A DNA stretch of 64,000 nt from assembly GCA_016235455.1 (NCBI GenBank), contig JACRKZ010000031.1, positions 1 to 64,000 of the forward strand, in the 5' to 3' direction. Each line of letters opens with the position of its first letter. Position 1 is the stretch's first letter. The notes under the pieces were generated by a model. It was given only the letters and a program-made list of their open reading frames with translations. It ran no database searches and was not told where the DNA came from. Source of the DNA: Armatimonadota bacterium. GTDB lineage: Bacteria > Armatimonadota > UBA10988. A program made the translations under genes and the position numbers. Shown here one piece after another: positions 17,243 to 26,124 of this stretch.

Positions 17243-19810
17243 TCAGGCGCCCGGCAAGGCCACGCGGAAGCCGATGAACACATACCCGGGGTAGCCTGGG
17301 CTGTTGAACTCGCGGTCGCGGGTGCGCTGGCTGTGGCCGTAGTAGCCCCATGACCCACCGCGCAGCACGCGGCTATGGCTCTCGCGGGTCTCGATCGGGT
17401 CGGTCTTGGCCGCCGCGGTGTAAGGCTGGTACCAGTCGCCGCACCACTCGGCCACGTTGCCCGCCAGGTCCAGCACGCCGTCGCGACTGGCGCCCGCGGG
17501 ATAGCGACCGACGATGGTCGTGCCTTCGGCGGGCTGGCTGCGGGGCACCGTGGGGATGGCCAAAGCCGCCGCCAGGGCGAAGTTGCCCTGCACGCCGGGC
17601 CGCGGTGGCTCCTTGCCCCAGGGGTACGGCCGGTTCTCGCCACGGCCGCTGGCCACGTACTCCCACTGCGCCTCGCTGGGCAGACGAAAGCCGTCCGCTC
17701 CGGGCTCGATGGCCCAGGTATCGGTGTTGTAGGCCGGCTTGAGGCCGTTGTGCGCCGACAGCCAGTTGCAGTAGCCCGCGGCATCGCGCCACGAGACGTA
17801 GATGACCGGCTCGGCGTCGCGCCAGGAGTAGCCGTCGCGCCACTTGCGGTGCTCGGGCTGGAAACGCTCGTACTCGGCGTTGGTCACCTCGTGACGGGCC
17901 AGGCGGAAGGGCGAGAGCCTGACCTGGGAGGCGGGCTGCTCGTCGGCCTCGCCCGACGCGCCGCCGAGCGTGAAGCTACCGCCGGGGATGCTGACCAGCT
18001 CAGGCATGGTGCTTGCGGCAGGCGGGTCGAAGGTCGGTGGCCGCGACCAGACCAGGTCCACATCGCCTAGCAGCACGTCGGCCGTGTCGTTCCAGCCGGG
18101 CGCCGCATCGGCCTTGGCCGCGCAGCTCACCGTCAGTCGCGTGGTGGTCTCGTATAGCGGCCACATCAGGCTCACCGTGCGCCATTGCGCGCCCGTCGGC
18201 GGCAGCCAGAGCGGGATGTGATAGCTCTCCTCCGGGTCGCTGCTGGCCACGCCGTCCGCCGACAGCGTGACGCGCGCGTCATCGACGCCGGCATGGCGGT
18301 AGCGGAAGCGCAGGTTGGCCATGCCCGTCTTGAGGCCGGGCGCGGCGAACACGATGGTGGCGCCGGCCGCGGTGGGCAGCCAGAGCCCATCGGCGCGGCG
18401 TTGGGCGCCGCCGGACAGCGTCGCATCGGCGGCCCGCAGGCTACGATCAGCGCCGGCGACAGCCATGCCGGCCCAGACTCGGCTCTGCAGATGGCCGCCC
18501 AGGTACAGGCTGTTGGTCTGGGTCTCATGGTCGATGATCGAGCGGCGACCCACCACATCGAGCAGTTCGGTCGCGCCGCGCCGCAACCGGAAACGCGGTA
18601 CGCCCGGCGCCATGGGCAGCGCCAGGTGCGACAAGCCCGCAGGCAGCGCGATGGTCTGGTCGCGGCCGGCCAGCGTGACGGTCAGGCTGGCCGGCGCGGT
18701 GAGGAAGGCGCTGGCATAGACCTGATCGCGCACATCGTCATGGATCTGCGTGAACGGCCATTTGCCCAGTGTGATGATGCGCCAGTCCTTGGTCGCCGGG
18801 TCCCAGGCCTTGGTCTGCCAGCGGCCCCGGTCGCGATAGGCGAAGAACAGCTTGTCCTGGGTGATGGCCGGCGGCGCGCCGCGCTTGTAGGCGCTGGCGT
18901 ACCAGGCGGTGGCGTCCAGGTAGGCGCCGTCGCGGTTGTAGAGCGCTTTGTCCCAGTCGCGCTTCCACTTGTAGGGCATCAGGTTGGTGTCTTCGTTGTA
19001 GTCGTTCCAGGTGACGATCTCCACCCAGTCGGGCTGGTCGTCGATGATGCCCTGCCATAGCGCGCCGTAGCCGCGCAGACCTTCCATGTCGCGCACGTTG
19101 GCGCTGTTGTAGTGCGGCGCCAGGCCGGCCATGTACAGCTTGCCTTCCAGCCAGGTGGCGCGCCGCAGGTTGGCGTTGCTGGCCAGAATGCCGGGCACGG
19201 AATCGTCGCAGGCGAACCGCCACAGCCCGTCGGCGTGCGGCTGGCGGCAGAGCCGGATGGCCGCGTCCAGGCTGACCGCCATCTCGAACTTGCCCTGGCT
19301 CGAGAAGGGGATGAAGCACAGCCGGAGACCGTCGGCCTTCAGCTTGGTCAGCACCTTGTCATACGCTTCGCCGCCGATGCCATAGGGCGCCAGGCAGAAC
19401 GTGCTGCCGCCGTAGGCGGTGCTGTGCCGCGCCGCGTTTGGATGCTCGTAGTAGCGGCGCACCATGTGCTCGACCTGCACCTCCACGGGCTGCACCGAGT
19501 ATTCGGGCGTGAGCAGCAGTTGAAAGCCGGTGCCGAGCTGCCTGGCCGCCTCGAACATGGTGTCCATGCTGGCCACGTAGTTGGTCGGCTGGTGCGGCGG
19601 CGCGCCCTCCAGCCAGGCGCCGAAGTCCATGGCGAAGCCATCGAGCCCGGCGGCCTGGGCCAGGCGGATCTCGCGCTTGCAGAACTCGAGATCGTTCGTG
19701 AAGCAGGTCATGTAGTGGGCGAAGACGCGGTGCGGCGGGCCGGCGGCGGACGCAGCCGAGACCGCCACCGCCAGGCACCACAGCACGGCGAGACGGCCTC
19801 GGCTGAGCAT
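17243..19810 (-). CDS. GH71 (alpha-1,3-glucanase)-like domain fused to CBM-like and FGE-sulfatase domains
   Basis: RVFAHYM, AQAAGLDGFAMD and VEIVTWNDYNE (GH71); C-terminal HEVTNAEY, RLPSEAQWEY, DLAGNVAEW, RVLRGGSW, IGFRV (FGE/SUMF1 fold). Confidence 0.8.
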   Translation of the reverse strand: MLSRGRLAVLWCLAVAVSAASAAGPPHRVFAHYMTCFTNDLEFCKREIRLAQAAGLDGFAMDFGAWLEGAPPHQPTNYVASMDTMFEAARQLGTGFQLLLTPEYSVQPVEVQVEHMVRRYYEHPNAARHSTAYGGSTFCLAPYGIGGEAYDKVLTKLKADGLRLCFIPFSSQGKFEMAVSLDAAIRLCRQPHADGLWRFACDDSVPGILASNANLRRATWLEGKLYMAGLAPHYNSANVRDMEGLRGYGALWQGIIDDQPDWVEIVTWNDYNEDTNLMPYKWKRDWDKALYNRDGAYLDATAWYASAYKRGAPPAITQDKLFFAYRDRGRWQTKAWDPATKDWRIITLGKWPFTQIHDDVRDQVYASAFLTAPASLTVTLAGRDQTIALPAGLSHLALPMAPGVPRFRLRRGATELLDVVGRRSIIDHETQTNSLYLGGHLQSRVWAGMAVAGADRSLRAADATLSGGAQRRADGLWLPTAAGATIVFAAPGLKTGMANLRFRYRHAGVDDARVTLSADGVASSDPEESYHIPLWLPPTGAQWRTVSLMWPLYETTTRLTVSCAAKADAAPGWNDTADVLLGDVDLVWSRPPTFDPPAASTMPELVSIPGGSFTLGGASGEADEQPASQVRLSPFRLARHEVTNAEYERFQPEHRKWRDGYSWRDAEPVIYVSWRDAAGYCNWLSAHNGLKPAYNTDTWAIEPGADGFRLPSEAQWEYVASGRGENRPYPWGKEPPRPGVQGNFALAAALAIPTVPRSQPAEGTTIVGRYPAGASRDGVLDLAGNVAEWCGDWYQPYTAAAKTDPIETRESHSRVLRGGSWGYYGHSQRTRDREFNSPGYPGYVFIGFRVALPGA

Positions 19811-19815
19811 CGCTG

Positions 19816-20820
19816 CTACTCCCAGTCGATCACGCCGCCGACCAGCCCCGGGACGCCGCCGTGGTTGATCTGCTCGTAGAACGCGGGCGAGTCCACGGCC
19901 TTGACGCGGTGCGTGACGACCTCGGTCCACGGCAAGGCGCCGCTGGCCATCATCTTGAGCACGGCGCGCCGACACGGCGCCTGGCCGTCATCGCACGGGT
20001 AGTACCAGGTCAGCCGCCGACCGTGCGCGGGCAGGAACGAGTAGGTGATGGGCGCCGCGCCGTAGTTGCCCTGCAACACGAACCCGCCCAGCGTGCGCGC
20101 CAGCGGGATGGTGACGTCGAGGCACGCGGGGATGCCGGTGCACTCGAAGACCGTGTCGGCGCCGGCCGGCACGATAGCCCTGACGGCCTCCTCCAGGTCG
20201 ATGCCCTTGGCGTTGATCAGGTGGTCGGCGCCGAACCGGGCGGCCAGCGCCAGCGCCTCGTCGGCGATGTCCACGGCGATGACCTTGGCCCCACGCAGCA
20301 CGCTGAACGCCACCACGCCCAGGCCGATCTGGCCGCAGCCGTAGACCAGCACCGTGGAACCCATGCGCGGGTTGGCCATGTCGACCCCGGCCAGGCCCAC
20401 CGCGGGCATCACATACAACGAGGCCGCGTCGAGATCGCAGCCGGCGGGCAGATGGGCCAGGCCATGCGTCTCACCCGGATGGATGACCGCGTGCGCGCAG
20501 TGCGTGCCGGCTACCGCCGAAACCGGCGTGCCGTCGGCCAGCGCGATGTGCTTGCCGTCGCGGTAGTAGACCAGGTCGCCCACCGCGAAGCCCTCGACGT
20601 TCTCGCCGGCCTGCTCCACCACGCCGACCGCCTGGTAGCCAGTGCACAGCGGGTAGGGGCCCCAGTCGAGCTTGCGGCGGATCAGCGCGAACTCCGTGCC
20701 GATGCTTACGCCGCTGCGCAGTGTGCGCACCAGCAGCCGGTCAGGCCCGGCCTCGGGCAGTACCACCTCGGCCAGGCTGAACGCCTGGTTCTCATCACAG
20801 ATCAGCGCCTTGGACGTCAT
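19816..20820 (-). CDS. Medium-chain (Zn-ADH-like) dehydrogenase
   Basis: SGVSIGTE, GYQAVGVV, GCGQIG Rossmann motif, DTVFECTG; start MTSKALI after an AGAGG RBS. Confidence 0.85.
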   Translation of the reverse strand: MTSKALICDENQAFSLAEVVLPEAGPDRLLVRTLRSGVSIGTEFALIRRKLDWGPYPLCTGYQAVGVVEQAGENVEGFAVGDLVYYRDGKHIALADGTPVSAVAGTHCAHAVIHPGETHGLAHLPAGCDLDAASLYVMPAVGLAGVDMANPRMGSTVLVYGCGQIGLGVVAFSVLRGAKVIAVDIADEALALAARFGADHLINAKGIDLEEAVRAIVPAGADTVFECTGIPACLDVTIPLARTLGGFVLQGNYGAAPITYSFLPAHGRRLTWYYPCDDGQAPCRRAVLKMMASGALPWTEVVTHRVKAVDSPAFYEQINHGGVPGLVGGVIDWE

Positions 20821-20929
20821 CCTCTTGGCTCCCGGCCTGTGGGTTGTCCCAGCCCCGCCCAACTCCTCCCAGGCGTCGATCACCAGGGGTTACAGCCCGC
20901 GGTCCCCATGCTGCCGGTCGCCTTGCTAC

Positions 20930-20966
20930 TTGCAACGTTGTCGCACTGCCATCGCGGCTCTAGACT
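20930..20966 (+). promoter_or_regulatory. Sigma70-like promoter (TTGTCG-N17-TAGACT) with overlapping imperfect palindrome
   Basis: -35 at 20938-20943, -10 at 20961-20966; dyad TGCAACGTTGTCGCA over the -35. Confidence 0.5.
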
Positions 20967-20989
20967 GCCTCCTGAGGACGGAGCGCGCT

Positions 20990-23083
20990 ATGTCGTCAGC
21001 CGCGGAGCAGAGCCCCACGCAGACCTGCGAATGGCAGGTCGCGGGTCTCGACTGCCCCAACTGCGTGGCCATGCTGGAGAAGGCCTGCCGGGCCGTGCCG
21101 GGCGTGGTGCAGGTGCAGGCCCATCTGACCTCGGGTCGGCTGACAGCCACGGTGGGCCAGCAGTTCGACCCGACGGCCCTGGAAGCGGCCGCGCGGCGGG
21201 CCGGGCATCCGCTGAGCGCGGTTTCGCAGGCGCCACCGCCGGTGCGCGCCGACCGCCTGCTGGTGGTGTCCAGTATTGCTCTGGTGGTTGGCTTCGCGCT
21301 GCAGCTCGCCGGCCAACCGGCCACGCCGGCCTATGCCGTGGCGGCGCTGCTGGGCACGACGCGGCTGGTGCCGCTGGCGCTGGCCGCGCTACGCATGCGC
21401 ACGATCACCATCGATGCGCTGATGGTGTTGGCGCTGTTCGGCGCCATGGGCCTGGGTGACTGGTTCGACGCGGCGCTGCTGGCGGTGCTCTTCGCCGTGG
21501 CCGAGGCGGTGGAGGCGGCCAGCCTGAGCCGTACCGGGCACGCGGTGCAGTCGTTGTTGGCCCTGGCGCCGCGCATGGCCCGCGTGGAATGCGGCGACCG
21601 GGCGCTCGAAACGCCGGTGGAGGCGGTGCAACCCGGCCAGATCGTGCGCGTGCGGCCCGGCGATGCCATTCCGCTCGACGGCCTGGTGCTCGACGGCGCG
21701 GCGGGCGTCGACGAATCGGCGATGACCGGCGAGAGCGTGCCCGTGGCCAAGTCGCCCGGCGACCGCGTCTATGCCGGCACGATGGCGCTCGACGGCGCGC
21801 TGCGCGTGCAGGTGACGCAGGTGGCTGGCGACTCCACGCTGGCGCGCATTGTAGCGCTGGTGGAGCAGGCGCAGGACACCGCCTCGCCGACCCAGCGGGT
21901 GGTCGACCGCTTCGCCGCGTGGTACACGCCGCTGATCATCGCACTCGTCGCGGCGGTGTGGATTCTGGGGCCGATCTTTGGCCTGGCCTTCCGCGATGCC
22001 TTCCTGCGCGGCACGGTGCTGCTGGTCATCGGCTGTCCGTGTGCCATCGTCATTGCCACCCCGGTGGCCATCTACAGCGGCCTGACCGCCGCGGCGCGGC
22101 GCGGCATCCTGGTCCGCGGTGGTGAGGTGCTGGAGCGCGCCGCGGGGCTCAAAGTGGTCGCCCTCGACAAGACCGGCACGCTGACCATGGGCCAGCCGCG
22201 GCTGGAGCGCATGGTCTGCCTGGACGGCCTGGCCGAGGACCGTGCGCTGGCCATTGCCGCCGCCCTGGAGGCGGACTCCTCCCACCCGCTGGCAGCGGCT
22301 ATCAGCCGCGCGGCCCACGAGCGCGGCCTGGCCGTGTCGCCCGCCGGCGAGCATCAGGCGGTGCCTGGCCGCGGCGTGATGGGCTCGGTTGATGGCGAGC
22401 GGTTCATCCTCGGTGGTCGCTCGCTGCTGGCCGAACTGGGCGTCGACCCCGCTCTGGCGCTGCCTGTGTGCGATGCCTTCGAGCACGATGGGCTGACGCC
22501 GGTCATCCTGGCCGACGGTCAACCGCTGGCGGTGTTGGGCCTGGCCGACCGGCTGCGCCCGGAGGCGGCCGAGATGGTGGCCGCGCTGACCGCATCGGGC
22601 CTGGCACGACCGGTCATGCTCACCGGTGACCGCCGGCGCCCGGCCGAGGCCGTGGCGCGGCTGGTCGGTATCGAGGACGTGCGCGCCGAACTGCTGCCGG
22701 CCGACAAGCAGGCCGAACTGGCACGGCTGCGGCGGATCGGCCCGACGGCCATGGTCGGCGACGGCATCAACGACGCGCCCGCCCTGGCCTCGGCCGACGT
22801 GGGCGTGGCGCTCGGCGCGGTGAGCAGTGCCATCGCCCAGGAGACGGCCGACGTGTCATTGTTGGGCGCCGACCTGCGCGGCGTGGCGCGGCTGGTGGCG
22901 CTGGCCCGGCGTGTGCGGCGCACCATCGGCTGGAACATCGCCATCGCCATCGGCATTCGGCTGGTCCTCGTGCCGCTGGCGGTGATGGGTTGGGCCGATT
23001 TGTGGCTGGCCATCCTCGGCGATGTGGGCGGCTCGCTGGCCGTCACCGCCAACAGCCTGAGAATCCTGCGCGCCGACATCTGA
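20990..23083 (+). CDS. Heavy-metal translocating P1B ATPase (ZntA/CadA type)
   Basis: N-terminal HMA GLDCPNC; TGES.P; CPC in a TM helix; DKTGTLT; SSHPLA; MVGDGINDAPALA. Confidence 0.93.
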   Translation: MSSAAEQSPTQTCEWQVAGLDCPNCVAMLEKACRAVPGVVQVQAHLTSGRLTATVGQQFDPTALEAAARRAGHPLSAVSQAPPPVRADRLLVVSSIALVVGFALQLAGQPATPAYAVAALLGTTRLVPLALAALRMRTITIDALMVLALFGAMGLGDWFDAALLAVLFAVAEAVEAASLSRTGHAVQSLLALAPRMARVECGDRALETPVEAVQPGQIVRVRPGDAIPLDGLVLDGAAGVDESAMTGESVPVAKSPGDRVYAGTMALDGALRVQVTQVAGDSTLARIVALVEQAQDTASPTQRVVDRFAAWYTPLIIALVAAVWILGPIFGLAFRDAFLRGTVLLVIGCPCAIVIATPVAIYSGLTAAARRGILVRGGEVLERAAGLKVVALDKTGTLTMGQPRLERMVCLDGLAEDRALAIAAALEADSSHPLAAAISRAAHERGLAVSPAGEHQAVPGRGVMGSVDGERFILGGRSLLAELGVDPALALPVCDAFEHDGLTPVILADGQPLAVLGLADRLRPEAAEMVAALTASGLARPVMLTGDRRRPAEAVARLVGIEDVRAELLPADKQAELARLRRIGPTAMVGDGINDAPALASADVGVALGAVSSAIAQETADVSLLGADLRGVARLVALARRVRRTIGWNIAIAIGIRLVLVPLAVMGWADLWLAILGDVGGSLAVTANSLRILRADI

Positions 23084-23171
23084 AAACCTGGGAACCGCAG
23101 TATGCCCAGCGGACACCCTTGCCGCTACCGAGGCCGAGAAGCAAGGGCGCCTCGCGAGGAGACAAGGGAAC

Positions 23172-23612
23172 ATGAAGCGGTTTTTGTTGATGGCGGGCGT
23201 GGTGGTTGCGACTCTGGCGTGGATGACGGCGACGAGCCCCGCGGGTGCGGCCGATGCCGCCACCTGCAAGTGCAGTCCCTGTAAGTGCAGCCCCTGCAAG
23301 TGCGCCGAGACGCCCGGCAAGTGTGCCTGCGACCCCTGCAAGTGCACTGACTGCAAGTGCGCCGACAAGCCGGCCGCTGCCGGCACCGCCGCCGCGCCTG
23401 CCGCCGGCTGTGCCATGGGCGCCTGCCCGATGGGCGCCGCGGCCGCCGCCCCCAAGGCCATGGCCTGCTGCAGCACCGGCAAGCCCACCGCCTGCTGCAA
23501 CGGCAACTGCGCCGAGTGCTGCAAGGGCAAGTGCAGTGAGTGCTGCAACGGCGGCGCCTGCCGCGGCTGCGACAAGAAGCACGACGCGGTACGCACCAAC
23601 ACCATCAAGTAG
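23172..23612 (+). CDS. Secreted cysteine-rich metallothionein-like protein
   Basis: AAGGGA RBS; signal peptide; 26 Cys in 146 aa arranged as six CxC units and a CC-rich second cluster; directly after the P1B ATPase. Confidence 0.75.
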   Translation: MKRFLLMAGVVVATLAWMTATSPAGAADAATCKCSPCKCSPCKCAETPGKCACDPCKCTDCKCADKPAAAGTAAAPAAGCAMGACPMGAAAAAPKAMACCSTGKPTACCNGNCAECCKGKCSECCNGGACRGCDKKHDAVRTNTIK

Positions 23613-23638
23613 CGCGAGCGCGAAGATAAACGAACACG

Positions 23639-23670
23639 CGAGGGCCGGCCCCGAACGGGACCGGCCCTCG
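23639..23670. terminator. Hairpin between convergent genes (possible bidirectional terminator)
   Basis: CGAGGGCCGG...CCGGCCCTCG, a 10-bp perfect arm pair. Confidence 0.55.
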
Positions 23671-23688
23671 TGCTGTCTGGGACGGTGC

Positions 23689-24918
23689 TTAGCCGCCGGT
23701 GAGCTTTTTCCAGAACGACGCGCGCGGCTTGAGCGCGGCGATCTGGGCATCCTTGCGCCACAGCGGGTCGTTGGCGTGGCGCTCGCCCCAGGCCAACCAG
23801 ATCTTGGGCGGGAGGCAATCGCGCAGGGCCATGAGCGCGCCACAGATGGTGCCGGACTCGCCCGCGCCCATGAGCTGCGACGGTGTGCCGCTGCCCAGCA
23901 GCGCGTGGGCCATGGCGTTGCGGCTGGCCAGATGGGGCAGGACCGAGTTGATGCGGTCGGCGTGGCCGCTCAGCGAGTTGGTCACGGCGTCCGCGGCCTG
24001 GGTCCAGAGGATGTCGAGCATCTCGGCATCGCCGTGGCCCAGTGGCATCTCGATGCCGCGGCGCGCGGTGGTCAGCAGCATCTGGTAGCGGTTGAGCAGC
24101 GGCCAGTTGCCGGCGGCCAGGCAGCTCAGCACGAAGCCGCCATAGGCGGTCTCGGCCACGCGCGGCTGCGTCTCCATCGGCGGGCGCGAGGGATCGGGCT
24201 CCAGCTCGAACACCACGTAGTCGCCCAGCTTCTTGGGTGCCTGGGCATGGCTGGGCACGGCCATCAGCCGGTACCGGTCGCGCAGCGCGTCGGCCTGGAC
24301 AAAGTGCGTGTCGAAGGTCATCGCGGGCCGGTCGTCGGCGGCCACCATGTAGTACAGCGCGCGCATGATGCTGCGCTGCTGCTTAGCGCCGGCGATGAGT
24401 AGGATGGGCTTCTTGGTGCCCTCCACCACGGACAGCACGAGGTCGTTGAGGAGCTGCTCCGGCAGTGCCTTCAGCGCCTCGAACGGCGCGGCCGTCGGCG
24501 TGACCTTGAGCTGCTGTGGCGGGAGCGCCTTGGGATCGCTGAGCTGCGCGCCATGCGGCAACGGGATCTCGTCCAGCAACAGGAACGCGTCGCTGTTGAC
24601 CAGGTCGAGCGCGTCGGCGTCGAAGATCAGATGCCGCGTGAGGTGGCTGGCATGGCCGTCCGGGCTGACGCCGATGACGCCGGTGCGACCCACGGCAAAG
24701 CGCCCCGAGGCGAGCTTGACGAACGTCTCTCGCAGCGGCGGCGTCACGCCCGCCTGGAGCGCCGGGTGGTAGCAGATCAGCTGCTCGAGCTCGCGATACT
24801 CCAGCGATGTGGCCACGTCCTTGCCGCAGGCGAAGGTCTGGTAGCCAGGACCGCGACCGGACTCGATGCCGCGAGGCACATTGGCATACAGATGCTGATC
24901 GACCGTGATTGTCGCCAT
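23689..24918 (-). CDS. Hypothetical protein, GAP1-N2/GAP1-M-like
   Basis: N-terminal QHLYANVPRG..GPGYQT...DGHASHLTRHLI and central RPAMTFDTHF resemble GTPase-associated protein 1 domains; amphipathic C-terminus SFWKKLTGG. Confidence 0.5.
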   Translation of the reverse strand: MATITVDQHLYANVPRGIESGRGPGYQTFACGKDVATSLEYRELEQLICYHPALQAGVTPPLRETFVKLASGRFAVGRTGVIGVSPDGHASHLTRHLIFDADALDLVNSDAFLLLDEIPLPHGAQLSDPKALPPQQLKVTPTAAPFEALKALPEQLLNDLVLSVVEGTKKPILLIAGAKQQRSIMRALYYMVAADDRPAMTFDTHFVQADALRDRYRLMAVPSHAQAPKKLGDYVVFELEPDPSRPPMETQPRVAETAYGGFVLSCLAAGNWPLLNRYQMLLTTARRGIEMPLGHGDAEMLDILWTQAADAVTNSLSGHADRINSVLPHLASRNAMAHALLGSGTPSQLMGAGESGTICGALMALRDCLPPKIWLAWGERHANDPLWRKDAQIAALKPRASFWKKLTGG

Positions 24919-25046
24919 AAACTCTGGACCCCTTTCGCACAGCTTACACCATCATACATCGTGCTCCCAACGCCTGGGCCAGGCAGGGAGTTCGCGCCGC
25001 GGGGCGTATGGTCTGTCGACGCGCGGCGGCGCGGCGGGAGTCGGCT

Positions 25047-26033
25047 GTGTGGAATGTAGTGTGCATCGGCCTCAAAGGCCACCAGGGAGTCTGCCTGAGC
25101 GAGATTGCCAAGCGGCCGGACGCGCGGCTGGTGGCCGTCTACGACGATGATCCGGCGGCGTTGCGCGGCGCGAGTCGGTTGCCCGGCGCGAGCGCCGAGA
25201 CGCTGATCACCCCCAATCTGGACGAGGTGTTGGCCCGGCGCGACGTGAACGTGGCCATCCTGGCCGAGGACAATGCCTCGCGCGGGCACAATCTGATCGA
25301 GTGCGCGCGACGCGGGTGGCACCTTTGCGCGGAGAAGCCGCTGACGCTGGATCTGGCCGAACTGGCCCGCGTGCGCCAGGCGATCACCGAGGCCAAGGTC
25401 AGCCTGACCATGCTGCTGACCATGCGTTTCGAGGCGCCCTACCGGGCCATGCGGCAGGCCATCGCCGACGGTGCCGTGGGTCAGCCGCTCAACCTCTCTG
25501 GCCAGAAGAGCTACAAGCGCGGCGACCGTCCCGCCTGGCAGCAGAACCCCAAGACCTTCGGCGCCACCATCCCGTACATCGGCATCCACCCCATCGACCT
25601 GCTGCATTTCACCACCGGCTGCCGCTTCAGGCGCGTGGCGGCGTTGGCGCACAACGCCGGGCTGCCTGGCTCAGGCCGCATCGACGAGAGCTGCGCCGTG
25701 CTCCTCGAGACGACCGACGGTGCCGTGGCCAGCGTGCGGCTCGACTACCTGCGGCCCGACAAGGCGCCCAGCCACGGCGACGATCGCATCCGCGTGGCCG
25801 GCTCCACTGGCGTGATCGAGGTGCTCGACGGCAAGGTCAACCTGATTACCGCCAAGCAGGCGCCCACGGTGCTGCCGACCACGCCACCACCGAATCTGTT
25901 CGGCCAGTTTCTGGACTCCCTGGCTGGCGGCCCGGCCCATGACATCAGCACCGACGAGTGCTTCATGCTGACCGAGGTGGTGCTACGCGCCCAGGAAGCC
26001 GCCGTGCGCGGCACCTGGGTCGATATACCGTAG
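25047..26033 (+). CDS. Gfo/Idh/MocA family oxidoreductase
   Basis: HLCAEKPL and GIHPIDL motifs; GTG start after GGGAG. Confidence 0.88.
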   Translation: MWNVVCIGLKGHQGVCLSEIAKRPDARLVAVYDDDPAALRGASRLPGASAETLITPNLDEVLARRDVNVAILAEDNASRGHNLIECARRGWHLCAEKPLTLDLAELARVRQAITEAKVSLTMLLTMRFEAPYRAMRQAIADGAVGQPLNLSGQKSYKRGDRPAWQQNPKTFGATIPYIGIHPIDLLHFTTGCRFRRVAALAHNAGLPGSGRIDESCAVLLETTDGAVASVRLDYLRPDKAPSHGDDRIRVAGSTGVIEVLDGKVNLITAKQAPTVLPTTPPPNLFGQFLDSLAGGPAHDISTDECFMLTEVVLRAQEAAVRGTWVDIP

Positions 26034-26068
26034 TGCGAGATGATGTCATTGAACGATCACAAGCCTGG

Positions 26069-26097
26069 TTGACCGGCCTCAGAGCGGGTGCTACCCT
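26069..26097 (+). promoter_or_regulatory. Sigma70-like promoter (TTGACC-N17-TACCCT, extended -10 TG)
   Basis: Consensus-like boxes with a 17-nt spacer about 30 nt upstream of 26125. Confidence 0.5.
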
Positions 26098-26124
26098 CGG
26101 CGCTTGGCACTGGGATGTAGAGTC

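Noticed and set aside
23265-23560. Periodic TGCAAGTGC / TGCTGCAA repeats as a possible CRISPR-like array
   Set aside because: In-frame coding repeats of the Cys-rich protein; no unique spacers or cas genes.
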